From Vicinamibacterales bacterium (GTDB taxonomy: Bacteria; Acidobacteriota; Vicinamibacteria; Vicinamibacterales; JAMQPK01): a stretch of 64,000 nt of DNA. Shown one piece after another: positions 9,731 through 20,117 of this stretch; the stretch's first letter is position 1; each line of letters opens with the position of its first letter. The notes below the pieces were generated by a model, which searched no databases, had not been told where the DNA came from, and saw only the letters and a list, made by a program, of their open reading frames with translations. The stretch is from positions 636,061 through 700,060 of the forward strand of contig CAVVBP010000012.1 of the NCBI GenBank assembly GCA_963746535.1, written 5' to 3'. The position numbers and the translations under genes are program-made.

Positions 9731-11195
9731 ATGGCGACGCGCCTGACCACGATTCTCGTGGTCGTCATCGTCGGAGCCACCTTCATCGCCGGTCTCATCG
9801 TCGGGGCCCAGCGCGACGATGCCAGCGGCCCGGTCGATCTCATCATCGTCAACGGCAAGGTCTATCCGGGCGGAGGCGCCGCGCTCCAGGAAGCCGTGGC
9901 CGTCCGCGGCAACCAGATTCTCCGCGTCGGTTCGAATCGAGAGGTCAAGCGGCTGCGCCGCGCCCAGACCGTGGTGCTCGATGCGCACGGCGCGACGCGT
10001 GCTTCCGGGCCTGAACGACGCACAAGTGCACCTGATGAGCGGCGCGCTCACGCTCGAACACCTGAATCTTTCAGCGGCTTCAACGATCGACGACGTCGAA
10101 ACCGAACTTCGCCACTACGCCGAAGACAACGCCGAACTGCCGTGGCTCGTCGCGCGCGATGCCGACTCGGACCTTCTGGGCGCCAGCACGCACCCCCGAA
10201 AGATGCTCGATGGCGCCGTTCCCGATCGGCCGGTCCTCATCGCGAGCGAACACGCAAAGATCGCGTGGGCCAATTCCAGGGCGCTCGAGCTTGCCGGCCT
10301 CACAGGTAAGACGCGTAATCGCGCGTCGGGGATCGTCAGAGACCGGCGGACCGGAGAGCCCACCGGCGTGCTCAGGGACGGCGCGGTCGATATGGCCGTC
10401 CGTGCCGTACCGCAACCCACTCGTGCAGAAAAACTTGCGGCGCTGCGTGCGGCCATCGACGAAGCGCACCGGCACGGCATCACGAGCGTCCAGTCGGTCA
10501 GCTCGAGCGAAGAAGAACTGCAGTTGCTCGACGAAATCCGGAAAGACGGCGATCTCGAGCTTCGCGTCTGGGAATCGATCGTCGTGACGCCGACGATTAC
10601 CGAGGCCCGCATCAACGAGCTGAACCAGCTTCGCGAAGAATTCCCCGACGATCCCGCGTTGAAGCTCGGCGGCGTCCTGGTGACCTGTCCGTGCGAGCCC
10701 CAGCAGATCGAACGCGTCGTGACGCTGCTCGACAAACACGACTGGCACGTGATGGTGAAGACGGCGAGCGGCTCGGATGTGCACGCCACGGTCGACGCGT
10801 TCGAGCACGCCACCAGCGTCAACGGCACGCCGGTACGCACCCGTCGCATTCGCCTCGACGACAGCCTGCTGAGCGAGGGCCAGGCCCGCATTCTCTTCGG
10901 CAGCAACTGGCCCGCAGGGCCCTTCGATCCGCTCGAGGCCGTCCACGAAACCGTGTCGGCTCCGGGAGAATTACGCAGCGCGATCGACGCCTATACGACC
11001 CACGCGGCCTATGCGTCGTACGACGAGCTGCGCAAGGGCACCCTCGCGCGCGGGATGCTGGCCGACATCGTCATCCTGTCGAACGACATCTTCGAGGCGC
11101 GTCCAAACGCGCTCGGCGAGAGCGCCGTGACGGTCACGATTTTCGACGGCAAGATCGTGTATCAACGCCCGCCGGCAGCCAGTTCCAACGATTAG
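9731..11195 (+). CDS. Amidohydrolase-3 (YtcJ-like) family protein with N-terminal hydrophobic helix and degenerate metal site; frameshift about 9995
   Basis: DLIIVNGKVY, VLPGLNDAQVH, AWANSRALELAG, TGEPTGVL and KGTLARGMLADIVIL. Confidence 0.85.
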
Positions 11196-11302
11196 GCAGC
11201 CCTGAAGGGCTGTGCCACCGATAACAGCGTGATTACACCGCAATGAGCTCTGTCGCCGACGATGCCGACGTTGACATCGGTGGCACAGGGCTTCAGCCCT
11301 GT
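11196..11302. repeat. Inverted REP doublet (REPIN-like)
   Basis: REPs at 11196-11218 (-) and 11280-11302 (+). TGTGCCACCGAT 11211-11222 is the reverse complement of 11276-11287. Confidence 0.8.
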
Positions 11303-11313
11303 CCAGACTACTT

Positions 11314-12888
11314 ATGGCCACAAAAATCACTTACGCAACGCTCGGTGGAGAATCACTCGAGGATCTGCACCGCGAGCTCGACAAGGCGATCGCCGAGGTC
11401 CCCCGCTCGTTCGGCAGCGAGCACCTTCTCTACATCGACGGCAAACACCTGAAGGCCGACGAGCGATTCGACGATCGCAGCCCGATCGACACCAGCATCG
11501 TCATCGGTCACTTCCAGAAGGGCACGCGCGAGCACGTGAAGTCGGCCGTCAACGCGGCGCGGGCCGCGTATCCGGCCTGGGCCGCGCGGCCGTGGCAGGA
11601 ACGCCTCGCGTTCGTCCACAAGATGGCGGACGCGATTCGCAACCACCGGTACGAGCTCTCCGCGCTGATGGGCTACGAGGTCGGCAAGAACAGGCTCGAA
11701 TGCGTCGGCGACGTCGAAGAGGGCGCAGACCTGGCGGCGTACTACTGCGATCAAATCGAACAGCACAAAGGCTTCGTCGAAAAGATGGGCACGCTCGGAC
11801 CCGGCGAAGAGAACTACAGCGTGCTGCGTCCGTATGGCGTCTGGGCCGTGATCTCTCCGTTCAATTTTCCACTGGCGCTCGCGGCCGGACCGGTTGGCGG
11901 CGCGCTCGCGGCCGGCAACACAGTCGTGTTCAAACCGGCCTCCGACACGCCGTTGCTCGGCGCGAAGCTCGCCGAGATGGTGATCGAAGCAGGCTTGCCG
12001 CCGGGCGTGTTCAACTTCGTGACGGGACCGGGATCCACGGTCGGACAGGAACTGATCGACAACCCGGGCATCGACGGCATCGTGTTCACCGGCTCGAAAG
12101 AAGTGGGCTTGAAACTGATGCGCGACAATGCGGCGCGGTCGGTACCGCGGCCGCTGATCATCGAGATGGGCGGAAAAAATCCTGCCATCGTCACCGGCAC
12201 CGCCGATCTCGACAAGGCCTCCGACGGCGTCATGCGTTCGGCCTTCGGCGCACAGGGGCAGAAGTGTTCGGCGTGCTCGCGCGCCTACATCGAGAAGGGC
12301 GTGCGCGACAAGTTCGTCGAAATGCTGGTGGAGAAAACAAAGCGCATCAAGATGGGCAACCCGCTGGAGCGCGACGTGTGGATGGGGCCGGTCATCAACG
12401 AGGGCGCGGTCAAGACGTACGTCTCGGCGATCGAGCGCGCGAAGAAAGACGGCGGAAAGATTCTCGTCGGCGGGAAGCGCATGACTACGCCGCCGTTCGA
12501 TCGCGGATATTTCGTCGAACCGACGATCATCGACGGCCTGCCGACCAACCACCCGCTGTTCTCCGAAGAACTGTTCGTGCCGATCGTCGTAATTGCCGAC
12601 GTGATGACGCTCGACGAAGCGCTGGAGCTCGCTAACCGCACGGAATACGGGCTGACCGCCGGTATCTATTCGGAGAACGAGGACGACCTCAAGACCTTCT
12701 TCGAGCGGATTCAGGCCGGCGTCACCTACGCCAATCGACGGGCGGGAGCCACCACCGGCGCCTGGCCGGGCATCAACCCCTTCGGCGGGTGGAAAGCCAG
12801 CGGCTCGACCGGCCGGGGCAGCGGCGGACCGTATTACGTGCAGCAATTCATGCGCGAACAGAGCCGGGTGCGGATTCGCGGCGTCTAA
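11314..12888 (+). CDS. Aldehyde dehydrogenase, 1-pyrroline-5-carboxylate dehydrogenase (RocA/PruA)-like
   Basis: ISPFNFP, FTGSKEVG, EMGGKN, GQKCSACSR, YGLTAG and PFGGWKASG. Confidence 0.88.
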   Translation: MATKITYATLGGESLEDLHRELDKAIAEVPRSFGSEHLLYIDGKHLKADERFDDRSPIDTSIVIGHFQKGTREHVKSAVNAARAAYPAWAARPWQERLAFVHKMADAIRNHRYELSALMGYEVGKNRLECVGDVEEGADLAAYYCDQIEQHKGFVEKMGTLGPGEENYSVLRPYGVWAVISPFNFPLALAAGPVGGALAAGNTVVFKPASDTPLLGAKLAEMVIEAGLPPGVFNFVTGPGSTVGQELIDNPGIDGIVFTGSKEVGLKLMRDNAARSVPRPLIIEMGGKNPAIVTGTADLDKASDGVMRSAFGAQGQKCSACSRAYIEKGVRDKFVEMLVEKTKRIKMGNPLERDVWMGPVINEGAVKTYVSAIERAKKDGGKILVGGKRMTTPPFDRGYFVEPTIIDGLPTNHPLFSEELFVPIVVIADVMTLDEALELANRTEYGLTAGIYSENEDDLKTFFERIQAGVTYANRRAGATTGAWPGINPFGGWKASGSTGRGSGGPYYVQQFMREQSRVRIRGV

Positions 12889-12903
12889 TTGCGTGTTACA
12901 CGT

Positions 12904-12950
12904 CAGGGCTCAGGGCTGAGGGCTTAGGGCTAAGGGCTAAGGGCTAAGGG
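12904..12950. repeat. Heptamer tandem repeat (AGGGCTN), about 7 units
   Basis: cagggctcagggctgagggcttagggctaagggctaagggctaaggg. Confidence 0.85.
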
Positions 12951-12974
12951 ACGTTTCATCGCCGTCGGGAGGTC

Positions 12975-13703
12975 ATGAGAGTGCGCTTCCTGGGTCTCAC
13001 GGCCGGCATCATCCTCCTCACACGCGGGGCTTTCGCGCAGGCACCCGTCTCGCCCGCTGCTCCACCACGGGACGCCGTTCTTTCGCCATCGATCGGCACC
13101 GCACAGCTGCGCGGGCGTGTTGTTACAGCTGACTCGGGCGCGCCACTTCGGCGCGCGCAAGTCCGAGCCGTTGCGATTGGTAATCAGACTACGCGGATCA
13201 CCAGCACCGATACGGAAGGCCGCTACGAGTTCGTCAATCTCCCCGCCGGTCGCTATTCCCTCAGCGTCAGCCAGGCCAGTTACGTCACACTTCAATTCGG
13301 CCAACGCTATCCGTTCGAAAGCGGTCGGCCCCTCGAACTGGTCGATGGACAGACTGTCGACGCCATCGACTTCGCCCTGCCAATCGGCAAGCAGTCGCGC
13401 CTCGTGGGTTTCGCAAAGAATGCGCGAGGCGAACGTGAATCCAATTACAGGCTCGTCGTCTATCCGGCGAACCTGAGGCCCGGCGATGTCGGCGTCCGCT
13501 TTCAACACAACGCGAGCCCTGTTAAAGGTCAAACCACAATCAACCGGATGCCTCCAGGCGAGTACGTTGGTCTCGCCGTGAAGGGTGTACAGCCCGGAGA
13601 GGAATGGGATCCGGACCTGCGCAAGCGCATCGAACAACTCGGCCGACGGTTCGCGCTCAAGGAAGGCGAAACCCTCGAGCTCGAATTTCCAATTGTGGAG
13701 TAG
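12975..13703 (+). CDS. Secreted carboxypeptidase-regulatory-like domain protein, short two-domain paralog
   Basis: Signal peptide; GRVVTADSGAPLRRA, GRYEFVNLPAGRY and GQRYPFESG. Confidence 0.8.
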   Translation: MRVRFLGLTAGIILLTRGAFAQAPVSPAAPPRDAVLSPSIGTAQLRGRVVTADSGAPLRRAQVRAVAIGNQTTRITSTDTEGRYEFVNLPAGRYSLSVSQASYVTLQFGQRYPFESGRPLELVDGQTVDAIDFALPIGKQSRLVGFAKNARGERESNYRLVVYPANLRPGDVGVRFQHNASPVKGQTTINRMPPGEYVGLAVKGVQPGEEWDPDLRKRIEQLGRRFALKEGETLELEFPIVE

Positions 13704-13708
13704 ACGCC

Positions 13709-15439
13709 ATGCGAATCGCTTCGATGGCCGCCGCCATTCTCCTCTGTGCTGCTGTCGCACCCGCACAAACACCTGCGATTCCTCAAGGAGCGCCGCGTCC
13801 TGGCGAGCCGGCTCCGCGCGCGCAGGTTCCTGCGCGCGACAACTCAGCCACACCAACCGGCACGGCGCGCATTCGCGGGCGCATCGTGTCGGCCGACACC
13901 GGGACGCCCCTGCGGCGGGCGACCATCCGAATCTCGTCCGGCGAGCTGCGCATCAATCGCAGCGTCAACACGGATGCTGAAGGCAAATATGAGCTCGCCG
14001 AGCTGCCCGCCGGCCGCTACAACATTTTCGTGACGCGCAACGGATACGTGTCGCTGCAGTTCGGGCAGCGGCGACCGTTCGAGTCTGGCAGACCGCTCGA
14101 TGTCGGAGATGCGCAAATCGTCGAGAAGATCGACTTCGCGCTTCCCCGCGGCGGCGTCATCGCCGGCCGCGTCACCGACGAGCTCGGTGAGCCGCTCGCG
14201 GGCATTCGAATGCAGGCGATGCGGCATCAATATCTGCCGAACGGCCAGCGGCAGCTCGTTCCCACAGGCAACGGCTTCTTCAACGCCATGACCAACGATC
14301 TCGGCGAATTCCGCCTTTATGGACTCATGCCTGGTTCGTACATCGTCAGCGGAAACCCGTCTGAGACGATGGTCATGATGCCTGGCATCGGAGCAGCACC
14401 TTCGGACTACGAGGGTCATGGCGTCACGTACTATCCAGGCACGGTCAATGCCGAAGAGGCCCAGCAGGTGACTGTTGGCGTTGCCGAAGAAGCCCACGCG
14501 TCGTTCCCGATGGTCACGGGCAGAATGACGAAGATCAGCGGCATGGTGCGCAGTTCGACAGGGCAACCTGTCACGAACGTGATGATGACCATTCGTTCAC
14601 GAAGCGGCAACGGCTTCGGCATGCGCAGCGGGCCGGGAATTGGATCTGATGGAAGCTTCAGCATCGGAAACGTCCCGCCCGGCGAACACTGGCTCGAGGT
14701 CATGCCGCGTGCCGGCGCGTCGGATGCGGAGGGTGCGTCGATCCCAGTCACTGCGGATGGCAGCGACATCAGCGGGCTGGTGATCACGACCAGTCCGGGC
14801 GCAACGATTTCTGGCAGGGTGATCTTCGAAGGTACGTCCACTCCAAAGCCTGCCCGTATCGTGCTGAGTCCCGGCGATCCCTTCGGCGCGGCGTCGTTCC
14901 GCATGCTCGACAACAATTCCGGAACGATCGATCAGAATGGTCAATTCGAAATCAAGGGTGCGTTTGGCCGCGTCCTTTTCGCGCCGGGAGTCGCGGGCTT
15001 CGGCCCACCGCCAGTCGGTTGGTCGATCAAGTCCGCGACGTTCAACGGCGCCAACATCGCCGAGACTCCACTGGACCTTTCCAATGTGGGCAGCGTTACC
15101 GGTGTGGAGATTGTCCTGACCGACAAGCAGACGACGCTTTCAGGTACCGTGAGATCCGCGCTGGGGCCGGTCACCGACTACACCGTTGCCATCTTCCCAG
15201 AAACGCCTCGAACGTCGGCGCTGAGTTTCCGTTATGTGCGCATCGCGCGGCCCGATCAGCAGGGGCGATTCGAAACAAAAGGGCTGCCCCCCGGTGATTA
15301 TTTCGCCGTCGCCGTCGAATCGCTCGAGCAGGGAGGCCAGTGGGATCCTGCATTCCGCAAGCAGGTTGAACCGTCGGGAAAGCGATTCCGCCTTATGGAA
15401 GGGCAATCGTCCACGATCGAGTTGCAGTTGATGCAGTAA
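13709..15439 (+). CDS. Secreted carboxypeptidase-regulatory-like multi-domain protein
   Basis: Signal peptide; about five beta-sandwich repeats; TYYPG and GRFETKGLPPGDY. Confidence 0.85.
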   Translation: MRIASMAAAILLCAAVAPAQTPAIPQGAPRPGEPAPRAQVPARDNSATPTGTARIRGRIVSADTGTPLRRATIRISSGELRINRSVNTDAEGKYELAELPAGRYNIFVTRNGYVSLQFGQRRPFESGRPLDVGDAQIVEKIDFALPRGGVIAGRVTDELGEPLAGIRMQAMRHQYLPNGQRQLVPTGNGFFNAMTNDLGEFRLYGLMPGSYIVSGNPSETMVMMPGIGAAPSDYEGHGVTYYPGTVNAEEAQQVTVGVAEEAHASFPMVTGRMTKISGMVRSSTGQPVTNVMMTIRSRSGNGFGMRSGPGIGSDGSFSIGNVPPGEHWLEVMPRAGASDAEGASIPVTADGSDISGLVITTSPGATISGRVIFEGTSTPKPARIVLSPGDPFGAASFRMLDNNSGTIDQNGQFEIKGAFGRVLFAPGVAGFGPPPVGWSIKSATFNGANIAETPLDLSNVGSVTGVEIVLTDKQTTLSGTVRSALGPVTDYTVAIFPETPRTSALSFRYVRIARPDQQGRFETKGLPPGDYFAVAVESLEQGGQWDPAFRKQVEPSGKRFRLMEGQSSTIELQLMQ

Positions 15440-15448
15440 CTGCGGGCA

Positions 15449-17123
15449 ATGAGGTTTCTTGCAATTCCGCTGATCTTTGTGGCACTGAGCGTCGGGGCAG
15501 CCCAGACTCCGGCGCCTCGGATGCCCACAGGTACGCCTGTGCCCAGCATTGGGCAGCCGGCAAAACCGGACAATACCGAAGCGTACTCGTCCATCGAAGG
15601 ACACGTCACTGCAGCGGACACAGGCGCACCGCTGCGCGGAGCCCGCGTCGAACTCATGGGCAGCGGCTCGGCAGTCGCTCCGCGTCTCAACAGAACGGCT
15701 GTCACCGATCGGCGAGGCCAGTATCGTTTCGACGAAGTCCCAGCGGGACGGTACTTGATCTCTGCGTCGCGCCCGGGTTTTGTCACGATGCGCGCGGGCC
15801 AGAAGCATCCCCTCGCGCGGAGCGAGTTGTGGACGGTGACGTCTTCGACGACCGACAGGCTCGACTTCGTTCTTCCGCGCGGCAGTGTCATCGCCGGTCG
15901 GCTCACGGACACAAACGGTGAGCCACTCCCTGGAATCCGGATGACGACGCTCAAAGTGGCGTATTCGCCAAACGGCGAGCGCCTCTTTCCTTTCAGTCCC
16001 CTGCAGGTGACGACCGACGACCGCGGAGCGTTCCGTGTGGCGGGGCTCGGGCCGGGGACGTACGTGCTCGTCGCGCGGGGCGAGCCCGTCGAGAGTGGCG
16101 AGCGTCTCGTGACCACGTACTATCCGGGTACGACAAATCCGCACGAGGCCGAACGCTTCGAGATTGGGCTAAGCGGACAAGTCAGCGCCAGTTTTTCCAT
16201 GCGTGAAGGCCGCACCGCGCGTATCTCCGGCTACATTCAATCGTCCAACGGAACACCACTGCAAGGCGCACGTCTCGCGCTCAGAACAGCCGGAGGTGTA
16301 TCCGAGGGCGGGAGCCGCGTCCAGAATGCCTCCGGCGCCTTTGAACTCAACAACGTGGCGCCGGGCGACTACATCCTCGACGTCAGTCCATCAGCTCCGG
16401 GCGGTATGCCGGACTTCTTCAAACAGACGGAGTTCACGTCGGTGAAGCTGTCGGTAGGGACAGAAGATCTCACGGGGCTTGTCGTGACAACGGGCCCCGG
16501 CACCACTGTCGCCGGGCGCGTAATTTACGAAGGGGCCTCGCCGCCTCGACCCTCGTCGCAGGTCTTCGTTGAAATTATCGACACCGGGGCTGGAATACGG
16601 TCTCCGTCTTCCGATCGGGACAATGGCAGGATCGCCGAAGACGGTTCGTTCACGGTGAAGGGCGGATTCGGAAAGATGCTGTTCAGGGCCGGCCAGCCAG
16701 GCTGGCTGTTGAAATCGGTATCGCTCAACGGGACCGACATGACCGACGTGCCGTACCGACTCGAGCCGCGGAGATATCAAGGACCTCGAGATCGTGCTCA
16801 CCGACCGGCAGCAGGACTTGAAAGGGACCGTCGTGGATGCGTTCGGCAAACCGGTCGCTCGTTATGTCGTCGTCGTGTTCCCGAGCGACCTTCCAGAAGG
16901 CGCCGTCCCAGGCCGTTTTCTGAGACTGCTTTCGCCGCGGAATGATGGCACGTTCGGCATCAACAACCTGCCCGCTGGTGGCTATCTTGCGGCCGCCTTT
17001 GAGACGATAGATCAAGATATCCAGTGGAATCCGGCATTTCGCGAGGCGATCAGACCTCGCGCGACGTCGTTTCATCTGGCGCCCGGGCAAACTCAACAGC
17101 TCGAACTTTCGTTAATCGAGTAG
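15449..17123 (+). CDS. Secreted carboxypeptidase-regulatory-like multi-domain protein; frameshift about 16757
   Basis: Paralog of neighbours. ORFs 15449-16945 and 16794-17123 join at TDVPY to LEIVLTD. Confidence 0.82.
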
Positions 17124-17137
17124 CGTAGTACCACTAA

Positions 17138-17241
17138 GACACGAAGAGCACGACGAACACGAAGGCAGGAAAGAACACGAAGGGACGAACCCCGGACTTC
17201 CCGGACTCTCTGACTCCAGGACTCGAGGACTCCCGGACTCG
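17138..17241. repeat. Degenerate short tandem repeats (CACGAAG-like, then GGACTC-like)
   Basis: cacgaag/cacgacg/cacgaag/cacgaag followed by about six ggactc-type units. Confidence 0.65.
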
Positions 17242-17245
17242 AAAC

Positions 17246-19015
17246 ATGATTCTGAATAGACTCACGGTTCTCGCTCTGGTCCTCATCGCATCGGTTGCTT
17301 CAGCGCAGGAACCCGGCCCGGGACCGCTCGGGCGAGGTCAGGGTCCTGGTGGGCGCGGCAGGCTGGGTCAGCCGCCGCGCGACGCCTCGCAGGCGACGCC
17401 CGCCGGAAACGCGAAAATCACCGGGCGCGTCGTCTCCGCGGATACGGGATCGCCGATTCGGCGCGCGCAAATCCGGGTGACGTCGGGCGAAGCGCGCTTC
17501 AACCGCGTGGTGACGACCGACGGCGACGGCCGGTACGAGCTGCTGAATCTTCCCGCGGGACGGTACCGCCTCTTCGTAAATCGCGCCGGGTACGTGGCGC
17601 TCGAGTACGGACAGGCTCGTCCGTTCGAAAATGGCAAGCCGCTCGACATCGCCGATGGCCAGGCCGTCGAGAAAGTGGACTTCAGCCTGCCCCGCGGCAG
17701 CGTCATCACCGGCCGGATTACAGACGAGTTCGGCGATCCGATGACCGACGTCCAGGTGCAGGCGATGCGCTATCAGTTCGTCAACGGGGAGCGCCAGCTC
17801 GTCAACGCCGGGCGCGTCGCGCAGACGGACGACCTCGGTCAGTTTCGAGTCTTCGGCCTCATGCCGGGCGACTATGTCGTCAAGGCGTCGCTGCGCCTGA
17901 ATCAGAACCCGGACACCATGAACCAGCCGGATCCGGTCGGATATCCGGGCACGTACTATCCGGGCGTCGTTGACGTCACCCAGGCGCAGTCTGTCACCGT
18001 GACACTCGGCCAAGAGCTGAGCTCGGTCGCGTTTCCGCTGGTCCCGGCGCGCCTCTCGCGCGTCTCGGGCATCGTCATGGGATCGGACGGGCGGCCGCTT
18101 GCCGGTGGGATGATCATGCTGCGGCCCCGCGGCGCCAACGGCATGGGCATGCTTCGCGCGGCGTTCGGCGGAGGCAACCAGATTCGTCCCGACGGCAGCT
18201 TTCAGCTGACAGGCGTGCCGCCTGGTGAATACGTGCTCGACGTGCAGCAGCGGCCGCAGAACGTCAGGAACCTGCAGGACATCAATCTGTCGCTGCTCGA
18301 GTTCGCGTCGATGCCGTTGGCAGTGTCGGGCGACATCGACAATCTCACCGTCGTGACGACACCAGGCGTCACCATGTCGGGGCGCGTGGTCTTCCCGGGA
18401 CAGACCGCCCCGCAATCGAACATGCAGGTCGTCGCCAACCCGTCGGCCGGCGCAGCGTCACCGGTGGCGATGGTGATGTCCGCACGCGCGCTCGGCGGCG
18501 GGCGCGTGAATCAAGACGGCACGTTCGAGCTTCGCGGTCTCGCGGGTCCGCGGCTCATTCGCGTTCAGGGCGTGCCGTCGGGCTGGGCGCTGAAAAGCGT
18601 CACTGTCGAAGGCACCGACGTCACAGACACGCCGTTCGAATTCAAGCCCGGCACCAACGTGGCGAACGTCGTGATCACGATGACGAATCGGCTCACAGAG
18701 GTCACCGGTGGCGTGCGCGATCCGCGCGGGCAACCCGTGAACGACTATGTCGTCGTGGCGTTTCCAGAAGACACGAAGCTCTGGGGCGCGCAGTCGCGGT
18801 TCGTGCAGACCTCGAGACCGAACCAGAACGGCACGTTCACCATCAAGGGCCTGCCGCCCGGACGCTACATGGCCGCGGTCGTCCCTGCACTCGAGAACGG
18901 CATGCAGAACGATCCCGCCGTGCTCGAGCAGCTGCGCATCGGCGCGCAGAATTTTTCGCTCACGGAAGGCCAGACGTTGAATCTGAATCTCACGATGGGG
19001 CCGCCGCAACCGTGA
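17246..19015 (+). CDS. Secreted carboxypeptidase-regulatory-like multi-domain protein
   Basis: Signal peptide, Gly/Pro linker, GQARPFENG, TYYPG and GTFTIKGLPPGRY. Confidence 0.87.
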   Translation: MILNRLTVLALVLIASVASAQEPGPGPLGRGQGPGGRGRLGQPPRDASQATPAGNAKITGRVVSADTGSPIRRAQIRVTSGEARFNRVVTTDGDGRYELLNLPAGRYRLFVNRAGYVALEYGQARPFENGKPLDIADGQAVEKVDFSLPRGSVITGRITDEFGDPMTDVQVQAMRYQFVNGERQLVNAGRVAQTDDLGQFRVFGLMPGDYVVKASLRLNQNPDTMNQPDPVGYPGTYYPGVVDVTQAQSVTVTLGQELSSVAFPLVPARLSRVSGIVMGSDGRPLAGGMIMLRPRGANGMGMLRAAFGGGNQIRPDGSFQLTGVPPGEYVLDVQQRPQNVRNLQDINLSLLEFASMPLAVSGDIDNLTVVTTPGVTMSGRVVFPGQTAPQSNMQVVANPSAGAASPVAMVMSARALGGGRVNQDGTFELRGLAGPRLIRVQGVPSGWALKSVTVEGTDVTDTPFEFKPGTNVANVVITMTNRLTEVTGGVRDPRGQPVNDYVVVAFPEDTKLWGAQSRFVQTSRPNQNGTFTIKGLPPGRYMAAVVPALENGMQNDPAVLEQLRIGAQNFSLTEGQTLNLNLTMGPPQP

Positions 19016-19032
19016 TAGCATGACCTCTCACA

Positions 19033-19350
19033 ATGACAGCAGACCGGCCAAAGAGTAACGCGCCCAACCGATCCGAGCTTGGCGACGCGCTCGGCCTCAT
19101 CGAAACGCGCGGCTTTGTGGGCATGGTCGAGGCGACCGACGCGATGGTGAAAACGGCCAACGTCGTGTTCGTGGGCTGGCAGAAGGTCGATGCGGGCCTG
19201 GTGACGGCCATCGTGCGCGGCGACGTTGCCTCGGTGAAAGCCGCCACCGACGCTGGTGCGGCAGCGGCCCGGCGTGTAGGCGAGCTCGTCGGCGTCCACG
19301 TCATCGCGCGCCCCGCGGACGATCTCGAAAAAATCTTTCCGATCAGCTAG
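19033..19350 (+). CDS. Bacterial microcompartment shell hexamer (BMC-H, EutM/PduA/CcmK family)
   Basis: [35 protein letters not shown] and VHVIARP. Confidence 0.92.
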   Translation: MTADRPKSNAPNRSELGDALGLIETRGFVGMVEATDAMVKTANVVFVGWQKVDAGLVTAIVRGDVASVKAATDAGAAAARRVGELVGVHVIARPADDLEKIFPIS

Positions 19351-19829
19351 GAACCAACCGCTTTCTTCTTGCGGCGGCTTTTCGAGCGCATACGCAGCTT
19401 CAATTCCTTCAACGTGCCTTCGTTGCCGACGACGAGCAGCGGCTGGCTGGGTTCGCGCAGCAGGTTGAAGAACTGGCCGCTCTCGGTGCGCGCGTAGATC
19501 TCCTTTCCGTCGGTCAGCAGCGTAATCGCGCCTCCTCCTCCAATCGCGTCGAACAGCCGGATGCCGAACCGCTTGCGCAGCGTGTCGATGAGCAGACGCA
19601 TCTTGGATAGCGACAGCCCGTTTCGCCGGAGATCGGCGAGCACAGCGAGCTCGAACAGGTCGACCGGCGAGTAGCGGCGCTCGGTGAAGCCGCCGGCTTC
19701 GGTGCGATGCGACGCGATCGACGGCTTGATGAGCCTCCGGGCGTCCCACCACTGGAGCTGGCGGGCCGAGAGTCCCGTCAGCGACGCGACCTCGCGCGAG
19801 CTGTAGTTCTTCTTGAGGTCGGGCCTCAT
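19347..19829 (-). CDS. MerR-family HTH transcriptional regulator
   Basis: [29 protein letters not shown] and GLSLSKM. Confidence 0.85.
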   Translation of the reverse strand: MRPDLKKNYSSREVASLTGLSARQLQWWDARRLIKPSIASHRTEAGGFTERRYSPVDLFELAVLADLRRNGLSLSKMRLLIDTLRKRFGIRLFDAIGGGGAITLLTDGKEIYARTESGQFFNLLREPSQPLLVVGNEGTLKELKLRMRSKSRRKKKAVGS

Positions 19830-20116
19830 TACGTCCTGGCGACCTTCCGATCGGCCATGGCGGCGCCGTCGAAGTCCTTCTGCGTGAGTCCCCCTTCGCT
19901 GTGCGTGCTGTAGAGCAGCGTCACCTTGCGATAGTTGATCACGATGTCGGGATGATGATCGGCGGCTTCGGCGTCGGGAACCAGACGGCCCACGAACGCG
20001 ACGGCCGCCGGAAAATCGTTGAACGTGTACTGCTTCTTGATCGCGTGGCCCTCGAGCGTCCAGCCCGTCAGCCCCTTCAGCTGATCCTGCACTTCCTGAT
20101 CGGACAGAATCGCCAT
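19829..20116 (-). CDS. phhB: Pterin-4-alpha-carbinolamine dehydratase
   Basis: AEAADHHPDI and STHSEGGLTQKDF. Confidence 0.9.
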   Translation of the reverse strand: MAILSDQEVQDQLKGLTGWTLEGHAIKKQYTFNDFPAAVAFVGRLVPDAEAADHHPDIVINYRKVTLLYSTHSEGGLTQKDFDGAAMADRKVART

Positions 20117-20117
20117 A

